Position numbers and translations under genes: made by a program. A stretch of DNA of 63,303 nt, filler included, from Theionarchaea archaeon (GTDB lineage: Archaea > Methanobacteriota_B > Thermococci > Methanofastidiosales > SZ-28-30), in NCBI GenBank assembly GCA_018992565.1. It is 6 parts of 6 records of this genome, joined end to end, with 100 filler letters (N's around TTAATTAATTAA, not from the genome) between each part and the next. Parts side by side here need not be neighbours in the genome. Positions count along the whole stretch, not along the records: positions 11,275 to 22,000 come from JACVGW010000085.1; positions 22,101 to 32,616 come from JACVGW010000086.1; 4 more parts are not named here. One strand, 5' to 3'. The notes below the pieces were generated by a model, which was not told the DNA's origin, ran no database searches, and saw only the letters and a program-made list of their open reading frames with translations. Below, piece after piece: positions 17,339 to 27,657 of the stretch (positions are counted from its first letter, which is position 1; every line of letters begins with the position of its first letter).

Positions 17339-19417
17339 TTACCCCTTCCATAAAACCAGGAGTCCGCTCATGAAGACGAGCGCTCCTACCAGGAAACAAA
17401 CCCAGAGTACCCCCAGTACTGGTACCAGTAATGCGCTGACTACAAGGGCCCCCAGACATCCTCCCAGAAGATCCGCACTGTATAAGGTTGCTGCTGTGAC
17501 CTGGATATCCCTGTAATACAGCCGGGAGGCCAGAGGAAATTCAGCGCCGACAAAGGCCCCCAATACCCCTATCACCATGGGAAAAAAGGCTTGTGTCATG
17601 TGAGGAAGGATAATCCCTGTGAAGACAGCAAAGCCAGCCAGTAGTCCCTCCATAATAACCAAAGAGTGTTTATGACAAATCTTCTGGGTTCTATTGATAT
17701 AGAAAGCGCCTAAAACTAATCCTATCAGAAACGAAGTGACCAAGATTCCTATCTGGGAATAGACATACCCATACAGAATCTGGAATCCCAGGACCAGGAC
17801 CACTTCCAGTGATGTCCCCGCAAACCCTGTGGTTACCAGAGCAAGGGGAACAGGGTGAGGAGCAATGCGTATAGCGAGGACCACCACAAGCAGGGCTATC
17901 ACCACCAGGAACACAAGGAAATGACTGCGAAACTGGCTCATCCAGAACAGGAGGTAGTAGTAGTATGCCTGAGGGTTAAAATCTGTATTTTCAGCCACCG
18001 TTTCTGTTGCAGAGGCCTGGACCATTTCAATTCGATCCTCAGTTATGGTACCTGACAGATAATATTTGTTGACATACTGGGTGGGAATGGCTTTTTCTTC
18101 AATTACCTGGGCAATATTATAAGTTAGATTGCCATCAGATGCAAGAAAATAGATGCTTCTACCAGGAATAATAATAACATTCTTAAAAATAGATTTTAAG
18201 CTACGATATAAAGAAGAGTTGAGCTGTCGAGTAGATTCTCCCATGTAATTAGGTGATGCACTCACACTGGTGCTGAATATGCCATTTTCTGCAAGGATTC
18301 TCTTTGCCTCTTCAAAGAATTCTACTGTGTATAACCTGTTGATCTGCGCTGAATCGGGATCGGGGACATCTACAATGATGACATCATATACCGTACTGGC
18401 TTCTTTAACGTACTTTCTGGCATCCATTTCGAAAATGTTGGCACCAGAAAGGTTTTTGGTATATGTTTGTGATATGGCAATGATTGAAGGGTCTAATTCC
18501 ACGTAGTCTACTGCTGCAGGATACTTGAGGACTTCCTGTATAGTACCTGAAGCTCCACCACCCAGGAGCAGGACAGTAGAGAAGGGTTCATCTCGCTGAA
18601 CCATGGGGTAGTGGACAGTTTCTTCACGGGCTATCACATCTCCCGTTGAGAAAAAGGGAGTGCCATTCTCGTATATGGTGATCTGGCTATCCAGCCTTGT
18701 AACCACAATGTTGCCGTACAGTGAAGATTCCTGGTGGAGGACAGACTGCCCCGGGTATAGTGTCTGGACAGTCCCATAGTTGAGATCAATACCTGTTGTA
18801 ATTGCCCCCAGACCCACCAGAATTACTGCACAGACTACAACCAACCTTGATTTCAAAGAAAAGGACGTAGTGAGAGCCATACTCACATTTGCTACCAAGA
18901 GAATGTAGGCAATCTGAACCTGGCTGAAAACGTACACCAGGAGAAAACTGAAAAGTGCTCCACCTGCAATGTCGCCCAGGCTGTCAATAATGTACACATC
19001 CCCAATGTCTGAAGGCTGTTTCTTCTGTGCAAAAAGTGAGCAGGCCACAATGAGAAACCCACCTGATATGAGACAGAAGGGAGCCAATAGTATAAATGAC
19101 CAGGCAAAGAGTTCTGCGGGGTCAGCAACTTCTCCCGAAATGAAAAGCATGGTCTTGGTCACCCTCAAGAGCACGAGCTGGGTCAGTGGGAGAACACCCA
19201 GGCCTATATGCAGAAATATCAGTGTGCGGCGAGAGGGTGTTATTTTTCTCCCCAGATAACTTCCAATTCCAGTTAGTAGGGTCCAGTTGGCCAGAATTAT
19301 CCCAAATGTGAGCTCATTTCCTCCAAAAACTGCCAGGAACTCTCTCACCACTACCAACTGAGAAACCACTGATGAGATTCCCAGAATGAGAATAGAAGTT
19401 GTGAGGAGTCTTCTCAT
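17339..19417 (-). CDS. Membrane-fused spermidine synthase-like protein
   Basis: N- and C-terminal transmembrane bundles around a VLLLGGG...VELDP...DARKY...YDVIIVD aminopropyltransferase domain. Confidence 0.85.
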   Translation of the reverse strand: MRRLLTTSILILGISSVVSQLVVVREFLAVFGGNELTFGIILANWTLLTGIGSYLGRKITPSRRTLIFLHIGLGVLPLTQLVLLRVTKTMLFISGEVADPAELFAWSFILLAPFCLISGGFLIVACSLFAQKKQPSDIGDVYIIDSLGDIAGGALFSFLLVYVFSQVQIAYILLVANVSMALTTSFSLKSRLVVVCAVILVGLGAITTGIDLNYGTVQTLYPGQSVLHQESSLYGNIVVTRLDSQITIYENGTPFFSTGDVIAREETVHYPMVQRDEPFSTVLLLGGGASGTIQEVLKYPAAVDYVELDPSIIAISQTYTKNLSGANIFEMDARKYVKEASTVYDVIIVDVPDPDSAQINRLYTVEFFEEAKRILAENGIFSTSVSASPNYMGESTRQLNSSLYRSLKSIFKNVIIIPGRSIYFLASDGNLTYNIAQVIEEKAIPTQYVNKYYLSGTITEDRIEMVQASATETVAENTDFNPQAYYYYLLFWMSQFRSHFLVFLVVIALLVVVLAIRIAPHPVPLALVTTGFAGTSLEVVLVLGFQILYGYVYSQIGILVTSFLIGLVLGAFYINRTQKICHKHSLVIMEGLLAGFAVFTGIILPHMTQAFFPMVIGVLGAFVGAEFPLASRLYYRDIQVTAATLYSADLLGGCLGALVVSALLVPVLGVLWVCFLVGALVFMSGLLVLWKG

Positions 19418-20119
19418 GATGGGACTTCTATGGCAGAGTATAAATGATTTTGCAGTGACCACAGTGTCTATCAAGTGATTCTCATACTTGATGTGGAGCA
19501 TTCAGGGGCCCTCAAACCCTGGAAAGGTCTTCACTGACTTCTTTCTAGTTCATGCATCCCTTATCAGGTCCTTCTCTGGCGGGCAGTCATTCCATTCTTC
19601 AAAGGGTTGCATCATGATGATTGAATGGTATCTTGAAGTCCCACGCTCCTCACACATGACGAACACACTTTTATGTTCACATAGACATGCCTGCATTGAG
19701 ATAACCATAAAGTACGTGAGATGAAAAAGGCAGGCCTGCCATAGAAGCTCCATTTATTTCTATAGACTATACTTTCACATGAGTCGAATAGAACTGACCA
19801 AAGATTCTTAAACAACAACAACGCAACGAGATCATGGATTGCAGAAAAGTCATTATCGCCATGATGGCTTTCCCTTTCCTGTACGAAAGAATAGAAGAGA
19901 AGGGGGAACAACTCTGAAAACGATTTCTTGGGGAGAAAAGAACGTATTTCAGCCAGATATTGAGAATCCTATGAGCATAGTCAAGAACGTGGCTTTTGAA
20001 ATGAAAAAAAGATCCCTTCNNNNNNNNNNNNNNNNNNNNNNNNNNNNNNNNNNNNNNNNNNNNNNNNNNNNNNNNNNNNNNNNNNNNNNNNNNNNNNNNN
20101 NNNNNNNNNNNNNNNNNNN

Positions 20120-20405
20120 CAGAGTCGCAGGAGAAGTAAAAAGAGTGTTGAGACCACAAGGCCTGTTTGTTGCCATTGAACGATCTCTAAAAGATCCAAT
20201 GTATGGAAAAGGGAAGGAAGTCGAACATAATAGTTATTTGTTTCAGGGTACTGTGCTCCATTTTTTTCCCTTAGATGAATTGAAAGCTTTGCTCTCACCC
20301 ATGGAGATTGTAGTCTTACATGAGAACAGATCAATCGACGCATCGCATGGTCAACCTCATGTTCATGGGACGTGGACTATTGTAGCATCCAACTGCAAAG
20401 AATAG
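20120..20405 (+). CDS. Class I SAM-dependent methyltransferase, C-terminal part (after scaffold gap 20020-20119)
   Basis: EVKRVLRPQGLFV motif and HFFPLDELKALL. The 5' part is lost in the gap. Confidence 0.7.
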
Positions 20406-20411
20406 CTGAGA

Positions 20412-21623
20412 TCATGTTGAGCTACGTCCGGCTAACGCATCTTTCTTCTTGTACTCTTGAAAAATCCTGTCAACCCTCTCGGTTACGTCTTCTGCTTCAG
20501 TCTCTGGGTCAAAAGAGCACTGTGGATCCGGCATGAAGGGATCTCCATAGGTCCCATAGGAAATGCAGGATGCGCCTCCCATACAGGTGAAATTGAGTCT
20601 GTTATCTACGTTGAACGGGCATTTTTGACACTTCCCCTTCATGTACACATTTTTCCTCCTCATTTTCCACAAGAAAGGATGGTTCCATATTTCTTCAAAG
20701 TTCTGGGTCAATAAATTACCTACAACAACAGGCATCCTTCTGCAGGCATAACACGTGCCATCAGACATGACTGCTATGTACCGTCTTCCCACCTGGCAGT
20801 GATTTCCATTCTTGTTAACCAGTTGAGCCATAGATGAGAGACACTCTCCCGTGCAGATGACTGGCCAATCACACCTCAACCTGTTTACATGAACGACTGG
20901 GTTGCCTGAGCCCATGTGCTCAAGTGCGAAATCTGCATCTATTCCTAATTTGGTGTACAATTCTCTGACCTCTTCGGGTGTCAACATCAATGTCTCCATT
21001 TCCTTTCCCCTTCCAAAGGGGACTAATCGAGTAATCAGAAGACATCCACCACCCAGTTCCCTGACAAAATCGGTCATCTCAAATGCTTCTTCATAGTTCT
21101 GTCTGTGAACTACATAGTGGATATGAGTGGGAATTCCCGCATCTCGCAATGCTGAAACAGCCTGCAAGGACTTTTCAAAGGTACCTTTCCCCCTTGCTTT
21201 CTCATGAGTCTTAGAAGTGGCTCCATCGAGACTGATCTGAACAAAATCCAGAGTCCTGTATGTGGATAGTCTCTCAGCAAGTTCGCGGTCAACGAGTGTT
21301 CCATTTGAGAGAACGGATGTCAATATCTCCCTATCATTGCCATATTCCTCAATGTGATCGAGGAGAGGCCAGAAACTGGGACTTAGCAAAGGTTCTCCTC
21401 CACTCAATGGTACGATCGGCGTAACACTCCACTTCTCTGTGGTTTCCAGAAACCTGTTCAGTATCATGATCAGCTCATCAGTTGATGCCTCAGATGTAAT
21501 AGAATCATCATCGTAACAGTGAGCACATCGCAGATTGCATTTTTCTGTAATTTGGTACTGGAATGTGAAAAACCGTGACATATCTTCCGCTTTTCGTAGT
21601 CCACTATCTTCAGCTGCTTTCAC
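20412..21623 (-). CDS. Radical SAM/SPASM domain protein (no RRE)
   Basis: CNLRCAHC, SGGEPL, QISLDG, SPASM CQVG...DGTCYAC, CQKC...CMGGASC and DPQC. Confidence 0.88.
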   Translation of the reverse strand: MKAAEDSGLRKAEDMSRFFTFQYQITEKCNLRCAHCYDDDSITSEASTDELIMILNRFLETTEKWSVTPIVPLSGGEPLLSPSFWPLLDHIEEYGNDREILTSVLSNGTLVDRELAERLSTYRTLDFVQISLDGATSKTHEKARGKGTFEKSLQAVSALRDAGIPTHIHYVVHRQNYEEAFEMTDFVRELGGGCLLITRLVPFGRGKEMETLMLTPEEVRELYTKLGIDADFALEHMGSGNPVVHVNRLRCDWPVICTGECLSSMAQLVNKNGNHCQVGRRYIAVMSDGTCYACRRMPVVVGNLLTQNFEEIWNHPFLWKMRRKNVYMKGKCQKCPFNVDNRLNFTCMGGASCISYGTYGDPFMPDPQCSFDPETEAEDVTERVDRIFQEYKKKDALAGRSST

Positions 21624-21730
21624 ATGATCACTCTTCTTTTGCCAAACAGATAGTTATATAGTTATCCTAGGATTTAGATGCTGGCAACTGGTTACTTGTA
21701 ACCTGAAAATTCCTCATCTCCAACATTCCA

Positions 21731-22000
21731 TCAGACTTGCTTTTTTCCGCCACAAAACGTGCCAATGTATTCTTCAGCCACTTGCTGAGCCTTTTTTAAC
21801 GTCTCCAAAGGTATGCCAGGAGCTCCACATACCACAATTAGTACATCCTGAGTTGAAAGAGTTATCTTACTCTTATCTGCATCCCGATGCGGGTACATGG
21901 CAATTAATTCGTCTCCCGCCTCAATTACCAGTTCATTCCCTTCTAATAGAACCGGGCTCTTCATGCCGATGCCAGAGAATTCTTCTCCAGGTTCAGCAAA
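21731..22000 (-). CDS. B3/B4 (PheRS-like editing) domain protein, C-terminal part
   Basis: GEEFSGIGM...LIAMYPHRDADKSKIT...VLIVVCGAPGI. Truncated by the contig end. Confidence 0.75.
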   Translation of the reverse strand, partial: FAEPGEEFSGIGMKSPVLLEGNELVIEAGDELIAMYPHRDADKSKITLSTQDVLIVVCGAPGIPLETLKKAQQVAEEYIGTFCGGKKQV

Positions 22001-22100
22001 NNNNNNNNNNNNNNNNNNNNNNNNNNNNNNNNNNNNNNNNNNNNTTAATTAATTAANNNNNNNNNNNNNNNNNNNNNNNNNNNNNNNNNNNNNNNNNNNN

Positions 22101-24547
22101 TCAATGTTCTTGTCTACACGGGTGTGGAGCACTCTGTCATTGGCCAAGAGCCACTGCTGTGCTGGCTCTGCTTGCATCCCCAGACTCGTGAGGGCACACA
22201 CAGTGAAAAAAGCATCTCGAGGAGTCAGCGTTCTCTCGAACTTCACAGCAATCCACTGCTTCAGGCGTGCTGTATCAATTTTCTCTAACCCACCCAGCAC
22301 CTTCAAGACGTGTACAGCCCAGCATGTTTGAAGGATGGCTGGAGCTGTGTCATACTCAAAACAGAAGGACTGGCCGTTGAAATGGGAAATGACCCACTCT
22401 CTATGCACACGCTTTTGCATGGATCCATCCAGGTGGAGCAGTATTGAGGTGCAAAGTGCATAGTATAGCCCCTCTATTCTTGGCTTTCCTCCAGCAAACA
22501 AGGCAGCTCCTCCTGTCTGGATTTCTGTGGATTTAATCCAGGTCTCCACCCTGTGCATATCTACGTGGATGTGCAGGGTTTCAGCTGTCTTGACGAAGTG
22601 ATAGGTATCTTTCTGGTTGGAGAACCCAATTCCTGCATAATCAAATCCCCCATCTGATGACTGATATTCCTCAACTATGTGGCCAATGAATTCTTTGTCA
22701 GCATGGCCAATGCCTTTTTCAGACAGAATATCTACCAGAAACGCCAGCTTGCTGAAGTACAGTATATCTGCATTTTTAAGCCCATAGGCGCCCAAGACCA
22801 CAATAACACTGTATATGACCACATTCCTAATGGGAAGAAGATTCATTCCATCCACAAAACAGGATAGTGCACATGTTCCAAAAGCAAAGACTCCAGGGAC
22901 GAACAAAACGAGAACTACCAGCGGGATAAAGAGGAAATTATTCATTTCAGGAAATTCCTTTGTCTTTTTGAAAAGCATGAGAATTCTCTCATTTCTTTCC
23001 ATGAGAAGCATACCCTTCACCATAAGGATAATCACCAGCACCAGCGACAGAACTAAGACAGCCAGCAGAGAACCGTAGAAATGTATGTCAGGCTGGATTC
23101 CAGCAAGAGAATATACCTTCTTCAAAGGAACCCAGAAGATGAGTGCCTGTGTTATGGGGGCAAGCACCAGGTAGGAGTCCCCGTGACTGAAATCCGTTCT
23201 GCGTGCCCCTGCAAATCCTAAAACCCAGAAAAGGAACCCGCCCACCACCCCGGATACGATGCTGCTGGTGTACTGTGTAGATAGGGAGAGGACATACCCG
23301 GTAGCTACAGCAGCTGCCAGGGTGATCGCCATGTTTCTCACAAGTGGTGCAACAAAGTCCATGCGACCTAAATCCAAGAACAGGGCTGAAGCTTTCGAGG
23401 CTGGAAACACATATGAGGCTCCCACTACATTTACCAGGGATAAGAACAGGACAACCCACACGATTTCAGAGAGTGTATCAGAGGGAAGCGAGTCTCCAAA
23501 CCCAGCAATTACGTAAATGAAGCTGCGAGCCATGCAGTGGAAGAGGAATGCTGCAGCGATGCCTGTCCACAAGGCGACTTCAGCTGATAGGTTGGTGCGT
23601 GGTTCGATGAGATATGCTCTTTCTCTGATGTTATGCAGCCTTCTGAGAAGAGGGGGATGGCTTGCCGCAAGTCTTGAGGTAGTCGCACCATATAAGGAGA
23701 GACTGTGACCTCTTTTCTTCGACGTTTCAAGAGCAGCATACTTGATCAATGCTCTCTCCAGGGGGTTTCCCATACCGTGGAGGACTACATATGCATCGGC
23801 TATAGATTCTCTGATTCTGAAAAGAGAGCTCTTGAGAAGAAAGAGCAGCACGAATAAAACAGGGACAAAAACAACAAATCCTGAGGTCTCAATTGCGAAA
23901 AGAGGGGGAATTGTATATCTGAAGTAGACTGCTGCAGGATACAAGAGCATCCAGAAAGATAATCCTCTCAGGAGCAGAGTAAGCCAGGTGTAAAACCCAA
24001 TGTCTCCCTGATTTATATGAGATAATTCGTGAGCAATGACTGCGTTCTGTTCCTCTTCAGTAAGGAAATGCATATCCCCGAGCGTGAGGACTGAATCTCT
24101 TGCATTCCTTCCATATGCTGCGGGAGAACCAATTGAAGATGACTTCTTGATGCGAGGTATAGTCTCGAGACCCAGAAGCCCGCTCAGGGCAATAATGGAC
24201 TCTGATGCAGGTACTTCCTGTGAAGAGGTAGATCTTCCGTATATCCGGGGCAGGAAGAGATACAGGAGAATTCCCAGGAGAGGGGGAGACAAGAAGTAAA
24301 ATGAACATATCAAATACTTGAATTCACCGGAATTTATAAATACTCTGATCTGGAACAGTGAAATACAAGAGAATAACATATAAGAGCCAAATATAACTAC
24401 AAAAACAAGCAAAATTCGTATATCACTTTCAAATTGATCAATTACCTTATTCCTCCTGCCCAATCGTAAATAAACTATCTCAAGTGCAATCAAGAGTACA
24501 ATGGTCCCCAGCGCAACATACATACAGACTTTTGGAATGAGCTGCAC
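22101..24547 (-). CDS. M48/HtpX-type membrane zinc metalloprotease fused to multi-TM region and C-terminal prenyltransferase/squalene-oxidase-like repeats (3' truncated)
   Basis: AVIAHELSH (HEXXH), RESIAD and SHPPLLRR, many TM helices, then YQSSDGGF...TYH and related repeats. Confidence 0.7.
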
Positions 24548-24573
24548 AAAAATCTTTCCTTTACAGCCTTTGG

Positions 24574-25113
24574 TTAAGCGCTCCCTGCAGTAACAAACTC
24601 CCTGACAACTTCTTTATTTCTCACTTCTGGATGGAAGAGCACTCCATAAAGGTCTCGGCGGGCGTGTTTTACCACCTGGACACACAGGGTTGACCTGGCC
24701 AGTACATCAAAATCACTGCTGGGGATTATGCCGTACCTGTGAAGTGAGTAGGCAGAAAAAGAGGAAGAAACTAATGCATTCTCCTTCAAAGTCGTAACGT
24801 GTGTCATCCCAATTTCCAGACAGGGAACGAGAGAAGAGCCAAAGACCAGCCCCATGACCTGCATACCAGCACAGATACCCAGAACAGGAATAGTGCAGCT
24901 CTTGAGCCATTGAAAATCCTCAATACTATTCAGGTATTCGTTATCCATTAAGGGAGTGCCAGACAGGATGATTCTACTGAAAGATGATGAAACCTTGGCA
25001 CTGGTGTAGTGCTGAATTGTGCATTCCTCTATCTTGCTGACAATATCGTATACAGGTAAACAGAATTCGTTGAATCCCAAATTTCCCTGATTTAGATTTA
25101 TGATTAAGATCAT
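24574..25113 (-). CDS. Class I glutamine amidotransferase (GuaA-A-like)
   Basis: PVLGICAGMQ nucleophile elbow and FHPE triad motif. Confidence 0.88.
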   Translation of the reverse strand: MILIINLNQGNLGFNEFCLPVYDIVSKIEECTIQHYTSAKVSSSFSRIILSGTPLMDNEYLNSIEDFQWLKSCTIPVLGICAGMQVMGLVFGSSLVPCLEIGMTHVTTLKENALVSSSFSAYSLHRYGIIPSSDFDVLARSTLCVQVVKHARRDLYGVLFHPEVRNKEVVREFVTAGSA

Positions 25114-25790
25114 TTTTCCACCAGGTGAGCTTCTCTTATAATGAATTTTCCTGAATACTTGTCGAAGACTATTTCAAAATCTGTAACTTCAATTCTCTTC
25201 CTGAAGAAAGGGGCGTCCAAGACGGTGGTCTCAATTTCTCCCCCTTCTCCAGAGGGACTGATGCCGTGGAGTTTCTGCAGCTCTACCAATTGACGGATGA
25301 CAGCTCTGTCCAGTACCCTCCCCAGCCATTCCTCGCTCAAAGGATAGGCAAAGACTCCAGAGATAATTACATGAAATCCAGCCTCAACAATTTCATAGAG
25401 AAGGGCTTCCTGATTTCTCAGCCATAGAGGATTAAAACACCATACATCTAGGTTATGACATATTCTCTGCACTCTTTCTGCCTGATACACTGATTCCACG
25501 GCTCCTGTTGCCACACCCTCAATACTGTATATAATTTTCGCCTTTTCTATGGCTCTTTCCAGATCTATCAACTCCTCTTCTTTTACTCCGTCAGTAGTCT
25601 CTTGAATCAGAGGCAATTCCATGGCCTCCGCCTGTAATCGGACGATATCAATATTCGGTGTGTGAAACATGTAGCTCTCCTCGTTTCTGGACAACACGGA
25701 TATGAGGCATGTAACAGTATCAGTCTGTCGAGCTTTCCATAGAGCCAGAGTGGAGTCTTTACCACCGGAGAACAGAACGCCGAGGTTCAT
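25110..25790 (-). CDS. dph6: Diphthine--ammonia ligase (ATP pyrophosphatase family)
   Basis: LFSGGKDS PP-loop, SYMFH, PLW, GEGGEIETTVLDAPFF. Confidence 0.85.
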   Translation of the reverse strand: MNLGVLFSGGKDSTLALWKARQTDTVTCLISVLSRNEESYMFHTPNIDIVRLQAEAMELPLIQETTDGVKEEELIDLERAIEKAKIIYSIEGVATGAVESVYQAERVQRICHNLDVWCFNPLWLRNQEALLYEIVEAGFHVIISGVFAYPLSEEWLGRVLDRAVIRQLVELQKLHGISPSGEGGEIETTVLDAPFFRKRIEVTDFEIVFDKYSGKFIIREAHLVEK

Positions 25791-26121
25791 GTGCTCTTTT
25801 CACGTGGTAATTCATAAACATTTTTATAGATAGGCTCCGGTGTATGGGTTGCGTGCTTGCACCTGGTACCAGGGGTAGTCTTCTCCCATTTCTTCACAAC
25901 ACTTAAGAGTGAAGATGACAAATATACTTCATGCTTAGGCATGAGATTCCCATTCATGATGGAAAAGAGGTGCCAGATGTGACTATTCGGAGTCCTGTCT
26001 GGCACAGTAAAGAGGAGAGTAGCATGAGAATGACTGAGAAGAGAGGACAACAGGAGAAATCAGGTCAAAGAAAGGACCTTAGGAAACATGAATTGCACCA
26101 TCACATAAGGAGGGGGATTTC

Positions 26122-26850
26122 ATGTTGAAAGACTCCGAGGATGCATATGGACACGCCTTATATGACCACTTCAACGGGCGGGGCGGGTATGAGATTACAG
26201 AACGAGATGATGGCTTTTTTGATGTATCCCTGGGGCCTGATCTGTACTTCTCCGAATACGAAACCTGGAGCAACCGCGAAAAAGAGGCCATAGCCCATGC
26301 TGAGGGACGTGTCCTAGACATAGGATGCGGAGCAGGAAGACATTCACTGTATCTGCAGGAACATGGACACGAGGTGGTGGGCGTTGATATCTCTCCACTG
26401 GCCATCAGGACATGCAGGCTCCGAGGATTGAGAAACGCAGAAGTAAAGTCTATCTCTGAGATTGGACCAGAATTGGGAATATTTGACACCATTATTATGT
26501 TTGGGAATAATTTCGGGCTCTTGCAGGGCTATGAGCCAGCCAAAGCGTACTTAAGGAAGTTTTCAATCATGACCAGTGATACGGCACGAATCCTTGCAGA
26601 AAGCAGAGACCCATACCGGACTGAAGTTCCCGAACACCTGGAGTATCACGAGTTCAATAGAAAGAGAGGGAGAATGGCGGGGCAGATGAGCTTGAGGGTA
26701 CACTACAAGAAATTTGTCACCCCCTGGTTTGACTATCTCATAGTCTCCAAAGAAGAGATGCAGGACATTGTTTCAGGTACAGGGTGGGTTATCAGTCGAT
26801 GTTTCGAAGAGAGCCAGGGCATCTACAGTGTGGTCATTGAGAAGGAATAG
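26122..26850 (+). CDS. Class I SAM-dependent methyltransferase
   Basis: VLDIGCGAGRH, GVDISP, FDTIIMFGNN. Confidence 0.9.
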   Translation: MLKDSEDAYGHALYDHFNGRGGYEITERDDGFFDVSLGPDLYFSEYETWSNREKEAIAHAEGRVLDIGCGAGRHSLYLQEHGHEVVGVDISPLAIRTCRLRGLRNAEVKSISEIGPELGIFDTIIMFGNNFGLLQGYEPAKAYLRKFSIMTSDTARILAESRDPYRTEVPEHLEYHEFNRKRGRMAGQMSLRVHYKKFVTPWFDYLIVSKEEMQDIVSGTGWVISRCFEESQGIYSVVIEKE

Positions 26851-26932
26851 CTGCAGTTCGCGATTCGAGATCAGGAGCAGCTACCATGAGCCCAGGAGGA
26901 AGACATCTTTATAGCTGGGAGACCATTTTTAT

Positions 26933-27607
26933 GTGGTGAGATTGATGATGCTGGAGTATAAGAACGCTCAAGTTGATCTGGCCCCTACCAAGATAGTAGC
27001 AGTGGCCAGAAACTACAGAGCTCATGCAGAGGAGATGGGATCCCCCGTGCCTGAGATTCCAACCATTTTCTTGAAACCACCTTCCTCTCTGATAGGAGAT
27101 GATGGTGTCATTGTGCTACCTGCTGCATCCCAGCGGGTGGATCATGAGGTGGAATTGGCAGTCGTCATGAAAGATCGATGTAAGAATGTGTCTGCGCGCG
27201 AGGCTCTGGATTTTGTTATGGGGTACACAGTTTTTATTGATGTGACAGCACGTGATTTGCAGGCTGAAGCCAGAAAAAAGGGCTTGTCCTGGGCGGTCTC
27301 AAAGGGATTTGACACATTTGCCCCAATCGGACCGAAAATTGTGGCCAAAGATGAGATTGATCCTCACAGCCTGGACATCTGGCTGAAAATAAATGGGGTT
27401 TACAGGCAAAATGGTACGACGCAGGACATGTTGTTCCCGGTGGATGAATTGATCTCTCATATAACTGGGATCATGACGTTGGAACCTATGGATATCATAG
27501 CCACGGGCACTCCTGAAGGTGTTGGCCCTATGGTAGAAGGAGACGTTGTTGAAGCAGGTATAGAAGGGATTGGGGTCTTGACAGCTGCTGTGCAAAGAGA
27601 TAGGTGA
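26933..27607 (+). CDS. Fumarylacetoacetate hydrolase family protein
   Basis: RNYRAHAEE, FLKP, HEVELAV, DVTARDLQ, KGFDTFAPIGP, TGTPEGVG. Confidence 0.93.
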   Translation: MVRLMMLEYKNAQVDLAPTKIVAVARNYRAHAEEMGSPVPEIPTIFLKPPSSLIGDDGVIVLPAASQRVDHEVELAVVMKDRCKNVSAREALDFVMGYTVFIDVTARDLQAEARKKGLSWAVSKGFDTFAPIGPKIVAKDEIDPHSLDIWLKINGVYRQNGTTQDMLFPVDELISHITGIMTLEPMDIIATGTPEGVGPMVEGDVVEAGIEGIGVLTAAVQRDR

Positions 27608-27657
27608 CTCTTGACTCCTATCTTGTCCAGGGCCACCTACAATCAGCTGACATTTAT

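Noticed and set aside
19500..20019. Several short overlapping ORFs left of the scaffold gap, including the ORF-track N-terminus of the methyltransferase
   Set aside because: No recognisable motifs, and the frame across a 100-N gap of unknown true length is meaningless.
25787..25897. Short minus-strand ORF VKKWEKTTPGTRCKH... resembling the MKWEKP peptide start
   Set aside because: Lacks the conserved Pro of WxxP, has no SD, overlaps the probable dph6 promoter, and no maturase is on that contig.
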